Below are positions 38,520 through 47,268 of a stretch of DNA of 55,053 bases, one piece after another; position 1 is the stretch's first letter, and every line of letters starts with the position of its first letter. This DNA is from an uncultured bacterium (GTDB lineage Bacteria > Patescibacteriota > Minisyncoccia > Phycocordibacterales > PALSA-1337), in the NCBI GenBank assembly GCA_903846945.1, contig CAINCE010000042.1, positions 1-55,053 of the forward strand, read 5' to 3'. Made by a program: the position numbers and the translations under genes. The notes under the pieces are model-generated. The model did no database searches. It was not told where the DNA came from and worked only from the letters and a program-made list of their open reading frames with translations.

Positions 38520-39938
38520 TCACAACACCTCCACCAATATGAGGTTCGTCTCTCCTCCAGGCATACCAAATGGCATACCAGCCACGATGATGACCTTGTC
38601 ACCCTTCTTCGCTAACTTTCTTTCCATCGTAACCTTTCGTACTATGTCCATGATCTCATCATTTGACTTAAATGTCGGTGCCAACATCGGGAAGCAACCA
38701 AAGGTCAACATCATCTTATTCACATTCTCTGGGGCGTCAGAAAGGGCCAGGATGGCCTCAGCAGGCTTATATCGAGCTATCATCCTCGCTGTGCGTCCAG
38801 ACCGTGTGAGAGCCACTATGAGCTTGGCATTCACTGCATGAGCCATGCGGACCGCTGACTGTGAAACAACATCCGAAACACCGTGAGATTCCTCGTATTC
38901 GGCGATAGTATCTCGTGTATAGACCTCCTTTTCTATCCTGTTCGCTACTCTGGTCATGATCTCTACCGCCTCGATCGGAAACTTACCGAGAGTCGTCTCT
39001 TCGGAAAGCATGATAGCGTCTGTACCATCGATGATGGCGTTCGCTATATCAGAAACTTCGGCTCGAGTAGGAACAGGGCTCTCGAGCATCGACTCTAGCA
39101 TCTGCGTGGCTGTAATAACTGGCTTACCTATAGAATTACACTTGTGAATGATCATCTTTTGAACCAATGGCACTTCCTCGGCAGGAATCTCGATAGCCAG
39201 GTCGCCGCGAGCAACCATGATACCATCTGAAACACTGATGATGTCGTCTATATTACCTAGCGCCTCTGGAGTCTCTATCTTCGCAATGATACGAGCCGTT
39301 GATCCAGCTTCCTTGAGGAGTGCGCGCAGCTCTACGATGTCCTCTGCTCTGCGCACAAATGAGAGTGCCACATAGTCAACATGATTCTTGATACCAAATT
39401 CGAGATCTGCCTTGTCCTTATCTGTCAATGAACTTATCGAGAGGCTCGCCCCGGGGACATTTACCCCCCTATGATCACCGAGAGTGCCGCCGACTTTGAC
39501 CGTAGTGATGATGTCATTTCCTCTAACTTCGACTATTTCCAGCCGCTTCGTACCATCTTGGAGCATGATCGTACCACCAGCCTTAACCTCCTTTGGTAGA
39601 TTTGCATAATTGATGAAGACTCGTGTCTCATCTCCGACACAATCATCAGTCGTCAATGTAAATGTCTGATCTTTTTTCAACACTATTTTTCCGTCTTTGA
39701 ATTTACCTATGCGGATCTTTGGTCCAGAGAGGTCTTGGAGGATGGCTACTGTCTTTCCTGTATCTGCCATGATCTTTCTAGTCGCATCAACCACACCCTG
39801 ATGTGTCGCAAAGTCACCATGCGAAAAGTTGAGGCGCACGACATTCATACCCGCACTGATGAGCTTTTCCAGCATCTCAGCTGACTTTGTAACGGGTCCT
39901 ATAGTACAGACGATCTTTGTTTTTTTGCCGAGGGTCAT
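38520..39938 (-). CDS. pyk: Pyruvate kinase
   Basis: KTKIVCTIGP, RLNFSHG, IMVARGDL, ATQMLESM. Confidence 0.97.
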   Translation of the reverse strand: MTLGKKTKIVCTIGPVTKSAEMLEKLISAGMNVVRLNFSHGDFATHQGVVDATRKIMADTGKTVAILQDLSGPKIRIGKFKDGKIVLKKDQTFTLTTDDCVGDETRVFINYANLPKEVKAGGTIMLQDGTKRLEIVEVRGNDIITTVKVGGTLGDHRGVNVPGASLSISSLTDKDKADLEFGIKNHVDYVALSFVRRAEDIVELRALLKEAGSTARIIAKIETPEALGNIDDIISVSDGIMVARGDLAIEIPAEEVPLVQKMIIHKCNSIGKPVITATQMLESMLESPVPTRAEVSDIANAIIDGTDAIMLSEETTLGKFPIEAVEIMTRVANRIEKEVYTRDTIAEYEESHGVSDVVSQSAVRMAHAVNAKLIVALTRSGRTARMIARYKPAEAILALSDAPENVNKMMLTFGCFPMLAPTFKSNDEIMDIVRKVTMERKLAKKGDKVIIVAGMPFGMPGGETNLILVEVL

Positions 39939-40024
39939 ATTTTTAGTGGTTAGTTATTAGTGGTTAATGATCAGAATAATGGGTAAAATTTAAATATTAA
40001 AATAAAAAATGATTTGATTGCTAT

Positions 40025-40984
40025 TTATTGGTTATTCTTAATCAGCGGGTACAACTTCGGGTCTATAGTGCGTTCGAAACATACATGACCGGAATCGTGA
40101 GTCCAACTATTGTAACCGATTTCTGGAGTAGGTATAGGATAGCTCAATGGTACATCGGATTTCACTGAAGGAAGATCGAATGTTGCACACAGCCCAAAAG
40201 CATGCGGATCCTTGTTCAGAGAAATGTACTCATATGGTTTTCCCGTCTCTGGATCGGCTGGTATCTGGAAATTTGATATAGGATCATTCAATGCTTCCAA
40301 GCTTGGAGGTAACGCGCCGACACGCTGCCAATAATTGATGATCTGATACTGGATATTATTGAGGTCACTAATCCTCTGTTGGTCGAACCGTAGAGAACGT
40401 TGGGTACTCGGCGAACCAACGATGACAAATCCAGCCACTATTCCCGCGAGGACTAGTACGATACCAGAAATGACCAAAATCGCAAGCCATGTCTTCTTTG
40501 AATTTGAAGCGATCATTGAAGGTGCGTTAATACCGATATTCTTGGCTAAAATATAATAGGCAAATATAACCGCGGAGACGATGAGTACAACTACGACTTT
40601 CCAGATGAATCTGCTAGAGATCTCCCCATTTAGATAAGTATTGACGAGAACGATGATATCTACTGCTATAGTTACGCCGGTCAAGAACAATGTGAGATAG
40701 ATACGCCACTTCCTGATCCAGATATCTCTCTTTTCGGGCATTTTAATGAGGTCGCGGTTTATCAGTATTTCGAGCACATAGAGAATCGGTGTGATAACTA
40801 CCAGCATCGAGATAGGCCAGACTACGGAGCTAGAACTAAAATAGTTTGCCAATGTATCCGGCATCGACCTATTCAGTATCTCAAAAGCTAGGTTGATAAG
40901 TGCGATCGTCGTCGCATATAGTGCGATGGTCGCTCCTAAATGCAAGAAAAAGTCCTTTGGACTCATGCGGGTGTTTGTATTCAT
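40025..40984 (-). CDS. Multi-pass membrane protein (DUF5671-like, CPR type)
   Basis: PKDFFLHLG, about 5 TM helices, DQQRISDL...DPETGKPYEY...LCATF. Confidence 0.7.
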   Translation of the reverse strand: MNTNTRMSPKDFFLHLGATIALYATTIALINLAFEILNRSMPDTLANYFSSSSVVWPISMLVVITPILYVLEILINRDLIKMPEKRDIWIRKWRIYLTLFLTGVTIAVDIIVLVNTYLNGEISSRFIWKVVVVLIVSAVIFAYYILAKNIGINAPSMIASNSKKTWLAILVISGIVLVLAGIVAGFVIVGSPSTQRSLRFDQQRISDLNNIQYQIINYWQRVGALPPSLEALNDPISNFQIPADPETGKPYEYISLNKDPHAFGLCATFDLPSVKSDVPLSYPIPTPEIGYNSWTHDSGHVCFERTIDPKLYPLIKNNQ

Positions 40985-40996
40985 GACCATATTGTA

Positions 40997-41563
40997 TCAC
41001 TTTTTTCGGCATTTATATATGAATGCCGGTGGAAAATTCCTCAACTCCAGTCCGATAATCTTTGCCTTGAATGATCTGCGTACATGCAACCAACTCGTCA
41101 AAAGATACTGAAACTGTATGTATGCCCCATCATCTCGCATACTTTCTGTAATGGCACGAAATAGCCTCTCTCGCCCGGCATGATCAAAATTGGCTATCGG
41201 CAATCCAGATATCACATAGTGAACTGGTGGAATATTCAAACTCTTTAGATGTAATGGTAATTTTGCCGCATCATCTTCTATGAGAAATACTCTTCCTCTT
41301 CGAATATTCGTTTGCAAATCCTGTCGAAGTCTTTTGGCCAAATTTCTATTATTCTCAAAAACAATTAACCTGCAATCTTCAGGAAATTTCGATAGAATTT
41401 GCTTCGTTATTATCCCCGTACCAGCACCGAGCTCCACGATCGTCATACCTGGCGAAACCTTTAGGGGCTCTAACATCCTCCGACTCAAAGCCGACGTGCT
41501 CGGTAGCAATGAGCCTTGTGTTTTCCAATTTTTTAGGGCTTCTTTGACAAAGGTGAGAGACAT
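40997..41563 (-). CDS. Class I SAM methyltransferase (phospholipid N-methyltransferase PmtA-like)
   Basis: ELGAGTG, VISGLP, YIQFQY, NFPPAFIY. Confidence 0.85.
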   Translation of the reverse strand: MSLTFVKEALKNWKTQGSLLPSTSALSRRMLEPLKVSPGMTIVELGAGTGIITKQILSKFPEDCRLIVFENNRNLAKRLRQDLQTNIRRGRVFLIEDDAAKLPLHLKSLNIPPVHYVISGLPIANFDHAGRERLFRAITESMRDDGAYIQFQYLLTSWLHVRRSFKAKIIGLELRNFPPAFIYKCRKK

Positions 41564-41570
41564 TGTGGTA

Positions 41571-41770
41571 CACATTGCTAGGGGTATTCGGATTCGGTGC
41601 GCGCGCCAGGAGTTTCTCCCTCGGCTCTCACTCACTACCCGTTCGTTCGGCCTGGGCACCGCCTCGCCACCTCGCCTACTGGCTCGGTATGGCTCCGGCG
41701 TTCGAATCCTGATTCGCAATGTGCGCAGGCACATTGCTAGGGGTATTCGGATTCGGTGCGCGCGCCAGGA
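41571..41770. mobile_element. Miniature tRNA-associated element bounded by 41 bp direct repeats that include the tRNA-Ile 3' end
   Basis: 41571-41611 is identical to 41730-41770. Confidence 0.65.
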
Positions 41771-41829
41771 TTCGAACCTGGGACCCCGCCAGTATCAGTG
41801 GCGTGCTCTACCAACTGAGCTACGCGCGC
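41757..41829 (-). tRNA. tRNA-Ile(GAU)
   Basis: Cloverleaf: GCGCGCG acceptor stem, CGCCA-CTGATAC-TGGCG anticodon arm, TTCGAAT T-loop. Confidence 0.95.
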
Positions 41830-41938
41830 ATTTACGGAGAGAGATATTTTGCTCAGAGAATAGGGAGAGCTGATACCTCAAACCAGTGAATATAGACTAG
41901 CAAAATACGCGGAGAATTGCAAAAAGACTTCCTATTTG

Positions 41939-42020
41939 TGGGCACGGGGAGAGTCGAACTCCCATGGATTACTCCACACGCTCCTGAAGCGTGCGCGGCT
42001 ACCAGTTACGCCACGTGCCC
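41939..42020 (-). tRNA. tRNA-Leu(CAG)
   Basis: GGGCACG acceptor stem, CACGC-TTCAGGA-GCGTG anticodon arm, variable arm GGA-GTAA-TCC, TTCGACT T-loop. Confidence 0.93.
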
Positions 42021-42165
42021 ATTCCTTACAAGGCGAGGCCTTGTCGGTGTCGGTTAACTATAATTCAATATTTGAAATGCTGCAAAGATGTGTGGATCAA
42101 TATCGGGCATGAATTTAGCGCCGCTGGGAATTTCCCAAACGGCGCTTTAACAAAACATCTTTACC

Positions 42166-42468
42166 TCACTTATTGGAGGTGTCAACCGCATGGTCGACTT
42201 GGACAGACCCATAGGTCTGCCGCAGGAAGGCATCGTGCGGTTTAATGTAGTATTTGTTCCACATGGCCATGCCCTCGCTCAGAAGGACGATGGCGACAAG
42301 TGCAACCAACACCGACCGGAACAATAACCTCCGGTCGAGGTCATTCCTCAACCGCAGCTCCTCCAGCGGCTCACTGGGCAGACGTGGCCGACCACCGGCC
42401 AAGTCATTCATCTGCTCACACTTATTCTTCATAGTTTTTTTCTTTGCGGCTAATACAATTAGCCACAT
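42166..42468 (-). CDS. Hypothetical single-TM protein (start uncertain)
   Basis: ORF with one hydrophobic helix. Confidence 0.5.
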   Translation of the reverse strand: MWLIVLAAKKKTMKNKCEQMNDLAGGRPRLPSEPLEELRLRNDLDRRLLFRSVLVALVAIVLLSEGMAMWNKYYIKPHDAFLRQTYGSVQVDHAVDTSNK

Positions 42469-42531
42469 TGTTTGTGCACTGTCAATATCATAGCACTATT
42501 CGACTAGAAAGTCAAGGGGGACAAATAGAAG

Positions 42532-42558
42532 AGACCGCAGTGGAATGCACTGCGGTCT
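42532..42558 (-). terminator. Hairpin terminator
   Basis: AGACCGCAGTG-GAATG-CACTGCGGTCT. Confidence 0.65.
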
Positions 42559-42575
42559 GATGAGAAGCGAAACAC

Positions 42576-42773
42576 TCAATCGTGGCTACTAGCCTCAGTG
42601 AATTGAGACTCTTGATCACATTCGCTGATGATCGCTAAAAAGTCGGCATTTGGAGTCGACTCGTATATGTAACATTCCCTCCCGTGCATCACATGGACTG
42701 TCCCCGAAACATCCTGTGATCCTTGCGCGCCGGTCTGTGTCTGACCCAGAAATATCTTTACATTTCCGTTCAT
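42576..42773 (-). CDS. Small hypothetical protein
   Basis: 65 aa ORF followed by a hairpin. Confidence 0.35.
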   Translation of the reverse strand: MNGNVKIFLGQTQTGAQGSQDVSGTVHVMHGRECYIYESTPNADFLAIISECDQESQFTEASSHD

Positions 42774-42939
42774 AATATTTGGGTTTGTCGTTACTGTTGC
42801 ACTACGCTTGTACTACGCTATTACTTTCTGCACTGACGAAATCTGCTAAATGACGCCATCGCAGACCCAGACAACTATACCCAAAAAAACATCCTGCGTC
42901 AAAAAATAACTTTTGCGCAGATGTTAGTCCCAAAAATAT

Positions 42940-43503
42940 CTATTTCTTTCCTTCTACTATCTCTGCTTTCTTGAGAGGCAATCCCAAGTATTCTAGAAAA
43001 GCTAGAGTGGACTTTTGGTTATCCGAGGTTGTGACGATAGTTATAGCAAAACCAAAAACATCCTTAAGGTCTTCATCTGAAGTCTCGGCAAAGATGGTGT
43101 GCTCTTTGATACCCATAGTATAGTTCCCCATAGCATCGACAGATGTACGAGAGAGCCCACGGAAGTCTTTTGTACGAGGGAGTGAGATGTGGATGAGTCG
43201 ATCTAGAAACTCACACATGCGCTTGCCACGGAGAGTTACCTGATAACCGATAGGGTCACCAACACGAGTCTTGAATGTTGCAATAGCTTTCTTGGTAGCA
43301 CGCACAGCTGGCTTTTGACCAGTGATGCGGGCGAGTCTCTCAGACATGAGCTCAATCTTTTTCTTGTCTTTGACAGATCCGAAACCACTAGAGATAACCA
43401 CCTTGACGAGGCGAGGTGACTGCATCGGGTTCTTCAAATTCAATGGGACTTTCAGGGTCTTGAATGAATCTTTATTTAGTTCGTATGTTGATGTGTATGC
43501 CAT
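42940..43503 (-). CDS. rplE: 50S ribosomal protein L5
   Basis: NPMQSPRLVKVV, VTLRGKRM, LPRTKDFRG. Confidence 0.97.
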   Translation of the reverse strand: MAYTSTYELNKDSFKTLKVPLNLKNPMQSPRLVKVVISSGFGSVKDKKKIELMSERLARITGQKPAVRATKKAIATFKTRVGDPIGYQVTLRGKRMCEFLDRLIHISLPRTKDFRGLSRTSVDAMGNYTMGIKEHTIFAETSDEDLKDVFGFAITIVTTSDNQKSTLAFLEYLGLPLKKAEIVEGKK

Positions 43504-43521
43504 AGATTTATTACTCAAATC

Positions 43522-43605
43522 GATTTACGATTTAAGATTTATGATTTAAGAATGGCGCGACTTCTAGGTGACTATTCTTAAATCCTAAATCCTAAATCTT
43601 AAATC
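43522..43605. repeat. GATTTAN/TAAATCN inverted heptamer arrays
   Basis: rplX-rplE spacer. Confidence 0.9.
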
Positions 43606-43607
43606 AT

Positions 43608-43826
43608 TTAACTGGTTTTCTTCGCCTTACTAGCATCGAATGGCATCGCAACTTCGACAGTCTGACCTTTCTGTCCTTCCTTTCGTGCTCTCTCATGCTT
43701 CTTTACGGTATTAATACCTTCGACTACGACTTTATTGATCGCAGGAAAAGCCTTGACAACCTTGCCGGTCTTGCCCTTATCGTCTCCTGAAAGCATCTTG
43801 ATTGTGTCTCCTTTTTTGATATGCAT
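43608..43826 (-). CDS. rplX: 50S ribosomal protein L24 (short form)
   Basis: IKKGDT...GDDKGKTG...VVVEGIN. Confidence 0.95.
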   Translation of the reverse strand: MHIKKGDTIKMLSGDDKGKTGKVVKAFPAINKVVVEGINTVKKHERARKEGQKGQTVEVAMPFDASKAKKTS

Positions 43827-43871
43827 TGTAGTTTAGTTGAAAGTCTGTAAAGTCTTAAAGTCCATAAAGCA

Positions 43872-44243
43872 CTAGACAATCTCGGAGGCCTTTGAAGCTA
43901 TCGTCTTGAATCCTGCCTCAGCGACTTCACGAGGGATAGGACCAAAGATGCGACCAGCGATCGGCTCTTTCTTGTCCTTTTCGATGATAACTACTGCATT
44001 CTCATCAAATCGGATGTATGAACCATCCTTCCGACGAGTAGGCTTGACCTGACGAACGACGACAGCATGCAGGACATCTTTCTTCTTTACCGCCTTTCGA
44101 GGTTCCGCCTTCTGTACTGACAAGACTACGATTTCACCGATCTCCGCATATCGCTTGCGTGTCGCACCGAGCACCTTGAATATACGACCGACTTTTGCTC
44201 CGGAGTTATCAGCTATTTTTACAATTGTTCTTGGTTGAATCAT
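43872..44243 (-). CDS. rplN: 50S ribosomal protein L14
   Basis: ADNSGAK, IRFDENA, RIFGP. Confidence 0.98.
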   Translation of the reverse strand: MIQPRTIVKIADNSGAKVGRIFKVLGATRKRYAEIGEIVVLSVQKAEPRKAVKKKDVLHAVVVRQVKPTRRKDGSYIRFDENAVVIIEKDKKEPIAGRIFGPIPREVAEAGFKTIASKASEIV

Positions 44244-44257
44244 TGAAGTTAGATTGA

Positions 44258-44329
44258 ATTATGAAATATGATATATGAATTATGATTTATGGATTTTTCG
44301 TATCTCATATTTCTTATCTCATATCTCAT
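44258..44329. repeat. TATGANN / TCATATN inverted heptamer arrays
   Basis: rpsQ-rplN spacer. Confidence 0.85.
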
Positions 44330-44583
44330 GCGATCACTTTGAATGCCTTCATCTTCGATATCGGTCTGCAAGCCTCTACTGTTGCCTTGTCACCGATCTT
44401 CTTTGTATTACCTACATCATGTGCCATGATCCTCGTCCTCTTGGTCATGAACTTGTGGTACTTGGCATGCTTCACATATCTCTCGACGACGACGACTGAT
44501 GTGTCCTTCATCTTGTCAGATACAACAACACCGGAAAAAGTCTGGCGTTTTGGTTCTAGTTGAGTTGTTTGTGTTGTGGTCAT
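44326..44583 (-). CDS. rpsQ: 30S ribosomal protein S17
   Basis: GVVVSDKMKDT, CRPISKMK. Confidence 0.97.
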   Translation of the reverse strand: MTTTQTTQLEPKRQTFSGVVVSDKMKDTSVVVVERYVKHAKYHKFMTKRTRIMAHDVGNTKKIGDKATVEACRPISKMKAFKVIA

Positions 44584-44629
44584 GTGATGGTTGATACTAC
44601 TTGAAATCTTCTGAAATGTCCAGTTTCTG

Positions 44630-44710
44630 GAGCTAAGAGCTTGGAGGTAAGAGATAAGATTTTGAATATATGAGTTTTGCGATTAATCTTATCTCTAAGC
44701 TCTTAACTCT
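44630..44710. repeat. GAGNTAA / TTANCTC inverted heptamer arrays
   Basis: rpmC-rpsQ spacer. Confidence 0.8.
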
Positions 44711-44891
44711 TGTGCTTCTGCATCTCCGTCATTATCCTCGCTATGTCCTTTCTAAGGTTCCGGCCTTCCTTTACGTTCTTGGCCTTGGCACCAGCAGAAC
44801 CGAATCGGAATGCTCGTAGAGCCTCCCTCTTCTCTGTGATGAGTCTCGTAAGGTCAGCGACTGGTTTATTTGTTATTTCTTTGAATTTCAT
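44703..44891 (-). CDS. rpmC: 50S ribosomal protein L29
   Basis: LRKDIARIMT; position in the operon. Confidence 0.93.
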   Translation of the reverse strand: MKFKEITNKPVADLTRLITEKREALRAFRFGSAGAKAKNVKEGRNLRKDIARIMTEMQKHKS

Positions 44892-44995
44892 GGGATATTA
44901 GTCGAAAGTCTTAAAGTCTATAAAGTCATAAAGTCCAGCGCTTTCATTATTCATTTTTGCATCGTAATTTTTCATTTTGATGTTTACATTTTCAA

Positions 44996-45421
44996 TTATG
45001 TTCTACTGACCACCTTGGTCTTTACTGGTAGCTTCGTTCCTGCCTTGCGCAGTGCCTCTGCGGCGACGACAGCATCGACCCCGTCGATCTCGAACATGAT
45101 GCGACCAGGCTTCACCTCAGCTATAAAGCCGACTGGATCTCCTTTTCCTTTTCCCATTTTTACTTCGGCCGGCTTCTGTGTAAATGGATGATCTGGGAAA
45201 ATGCGGATCCAAACCTTGCCTGACTTCGTCGCATAACGAGCCATAACCTTTCGTGCCGCCTCAATCTGGTTTGAAGTGATGCGAGCATACTTCATGGCTT
45301 TCAGTCCATATGAACCAAAGGCAATCTTAACGCCACGAGTGTCTGCGTGTGACTGTTCTTTGTCCGGATGCGTACGCATCGTGAACCACTTGCGATGTTT
45401 TACTTTTTTGGGGAATAACAT
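44996..45421 (-). CDS. rplP: 50S ribosomal protein L16
   Basis: QIEAAR, WIRIFPD, MGKGKG. Confidence 0.98.
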   Translation of the reverse strand: MLFPKKVKHRKWFTMRTHPDKEQSHADTRGVKIAFGSYGLKAMKYARITSNQIEAARKVMARYATKSGKVWIRIFPDHPFTQKPAEVKMGKGKGDPVGFIAEVKPGRIMFEIDGVDAVVAAEALRKAGTKLPVKTKVVSRT

Positions 45422-45462
45422 GGTAGTAATTTAATGTAAAATGGAAAAGTTAAAATGGAAAA

Positions 45463-46140
45463 TTATTTTGCCGTAACCTGATCCTTCTTGAATATCTCGC
45501 CCTTGTAGATCCAGACCTTGATACCGATATCGCCGTATGTCATATGCGCCTTCTCACGGGCAAAATCGATGTCGGCACGCAATGTCTGTAGAGGTATCTG
45601 GCCTTTCTTGAGCTCCTCTGTTCTAGCGATCTCAGCGCCACCTAGGCGGCCTCCTAGACGAACACGGATACCCTTTACATCTCTGTTAGCCATAACCTTC
45701 TCTATAGTCTGTTTCATAACACGGCGAAATGGTAGACGCTTCTCAAGTGACTCTGCGACCATCATCGCTGCTATAGCTGCATTGGATTCTGGGCTCCTGA
45801 CTTCCTCGATATCAACCTTTAACTCTTGACCTGCAACTTCGACTTTGTTCTTACGGAGTATCTTTAGGATCTTCTCGCGTAACTTCACAACACCGTCACC
45901 AGATTTGCCTATGAGCATACCTGGGCGAGAAGTTTTGATGATGACACGGAAAACTTTCTGACTGCGTTCGATATCCAAGCCACCGATATAATTTGCACGC
46001 AACTCCTTCTGTAGGAATTCACGGATGATAAGGTCACCTTTTAGGGCGATTCGGTAAGGCTTGTCCACCAAAAACCAGCGACTCTTCCAATCGCGAATGA
46101 TGCCTAGTCTGTGTGAATATGGATGTACGGTGTGGGACAT
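45463..46140 (-). CDS. rpsC: 30S ribosomal protein S3
   Basis: GRLGGAEIARTE, PLQTLRADID. Confidence 0.98.
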   Translation of the reverse strand: MSHTVHPYSHRLGIIRDWKSRWFLVDKPYRIALKGDLIIREFLQKELRANYIGGLDIERSQKVFRVIIKTSRPGMLIGKSGDGVVKLREKILKILRKNKVEVAGQELKVDIEEVRSPESNAAIAAMMVAESLEKRLPFRRVMKQTIEKVMANRDVKGIRVRLGGRLGGAEIARTEELKKGQIPLQTLRADIDFAREKAHMTYGDIGIKVWIYKGEIFKKDQVTAK

Positions 46141-46150
46141 GGTATTAGTT

Positions 46151-46277
46151 AATAGTCTATAAAGTCTTTAAAGTCTTTAAAGTCATAAAGTCCATAAAGT
46201 TATTTGTTTTTCTCTACCTTTTCCGTTTTCGACTTTACGGACTTTATGGACTTCTCTGACTTTGGACTTTTAGACTT
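46151..46277. repeat. AAAGTC/GACTTT ~9-mer inverted arrays straddling the rplV stop codon
   Basis: Left arm intergenic; right arm encodes the KSKSPKSEKSIKSVKSK tail. Confidence 0.85.
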
Positions 46278-46619
46278 CTTCGCCTTCGCTTCGATAGGTG
46301 CCAATGTGATCGATACATGACTCGTCCTCTTCTTTATGGGAAAAGCTGACCCTCGTGCCATCGGCTGACTGCGTTTCAAGACATATCCCTGATCGACGCG
46401 GATCTCCTTTACAAAAAGCGCATCCTTGCCAATCTGGTGATTGTGAGATGCGTTTGCGACTGCTGAAGCCAGAAGGTCACCTAGAGGACTAGTTGCCTTC
46501 TTGACTGCACCCATCAAAATATTCTCAGCTACCACAACACTCTTGCCGCGGATCATGTTTGCGACTAGGCGGACTTTGCGTGGTGATATTCGGTAGTTTT
46601 TGAGTGAGGCGGTGATCAT
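46200..46619 (-). CDS. rplV: 50S ribosomal protein L22 with Lys/Ser-rich tail
   Basis: RISPRKVRLVA, SAVANA, IKKRTSHV. Confidence 0.97.
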   Translation of the reverse strand: MITASLKNYRISPRKVRLVANMIRGKSVVVAENILMGAVKKATSPLGDLLASAVANASHNHQIGKDALFVKEIRVDQGYVLKRSQPMARGSAFPIKKRTSHVSITLAPIEAKAKKSKSPKSEKSIKSVKSKTEKVEKNK

Positions 46620-46661
46620 ATAAATTTAAAATGTAAAAATCAAAATTGAAAATGGTGGGAA

Positions 46662-47015
46662 TTATGCTTTCTTTGCAACTACGGCTGTAGCGGCTTCCTT
46701 GGCGGACTTGGCTGCGTTCATCTCGGCTTCCTTGGCCTTCATCTCGAGTTCCTTTTGCATCTTTCCTCCATGTCTCACGAACTTACGAGTCGGTGAGAAT
46801 TCACCGAGGCGATGTCCTACCATGTCCTCAGTAACGAAAACGTCCACATGTATCTTGCCATTATGGACGCCAAAAGTAAAACCAACCATCTCTGGAGAAA
46901 TCTGTGAGCGGCGTGCCCATGTCTTTATGGTTCCGGCTGTTGCAGGCTTCTTGCCCTCGATCTTCCGAAGGAGTCGCTCTTCAACATATGGTCCTTTTTT
47001 TAGTGATCGTGACAT
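46662..47015 (-). CDS. rpsS: 30S ribosomal protein S19
   Basis: [24 protein letters not shown]. Confidence 0.98.
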   Translation of the reverse strand: MSRSLKKGPYVEERLLRKIEGKKPATAGTIKTWARRSQISPEMVGFTFGVHNGKIHVDVFVTEDMVGHRLGEFSPTRKFVRHGGKMQKELEMKAKEAEMNAAKSAKEAATAVVAKKA

Positions 47016-47240
47016 TGGAAATTGTTTACTTCGAAATCTAGCAAATCAATCATTCGAAACGGGATGACTGATTCTCTTCAGTCATTCATGAATTCAATGA
47101 TGAAAATAAAGGGTAATACCCTTTTATCCGACTTCGACTCGCATGTTGTGAATGTAAACCACATTCACACATACTCGCTTGTCGGAATAAGCCCTCATGA
47201 GCTTGTATGCTATGTTAACAGAGCCATGCTTTGAAGTCAA
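47016..47240 (-). promoter_or_regulatory. Promoter TTGACT-N17-TAACAT and ~190 nt structured leader of rpsS
   Basis: -35 at 47235-47240, -10 at 47212-47217; several hairpins in the leader. Confidence 0.6.
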
Positions 47241-47268
47241 GGACGCTTAAATATCGCGTTCCTAACTC

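Noticed and set aside
38438..38602. N-terminal extension of RadC in the ORF track
   Set aside because: Overlaps pyk; a -10 hexamer 6 nt before ATG 38437 marks the likely start.
41564..41873. Extended methyltransferase N-terminus and the 197 aa antisense ORF (41280-41873)
   Set aside because: Both run through the tRNA-associated repeat and/or the tRNA; shadow ORFs.
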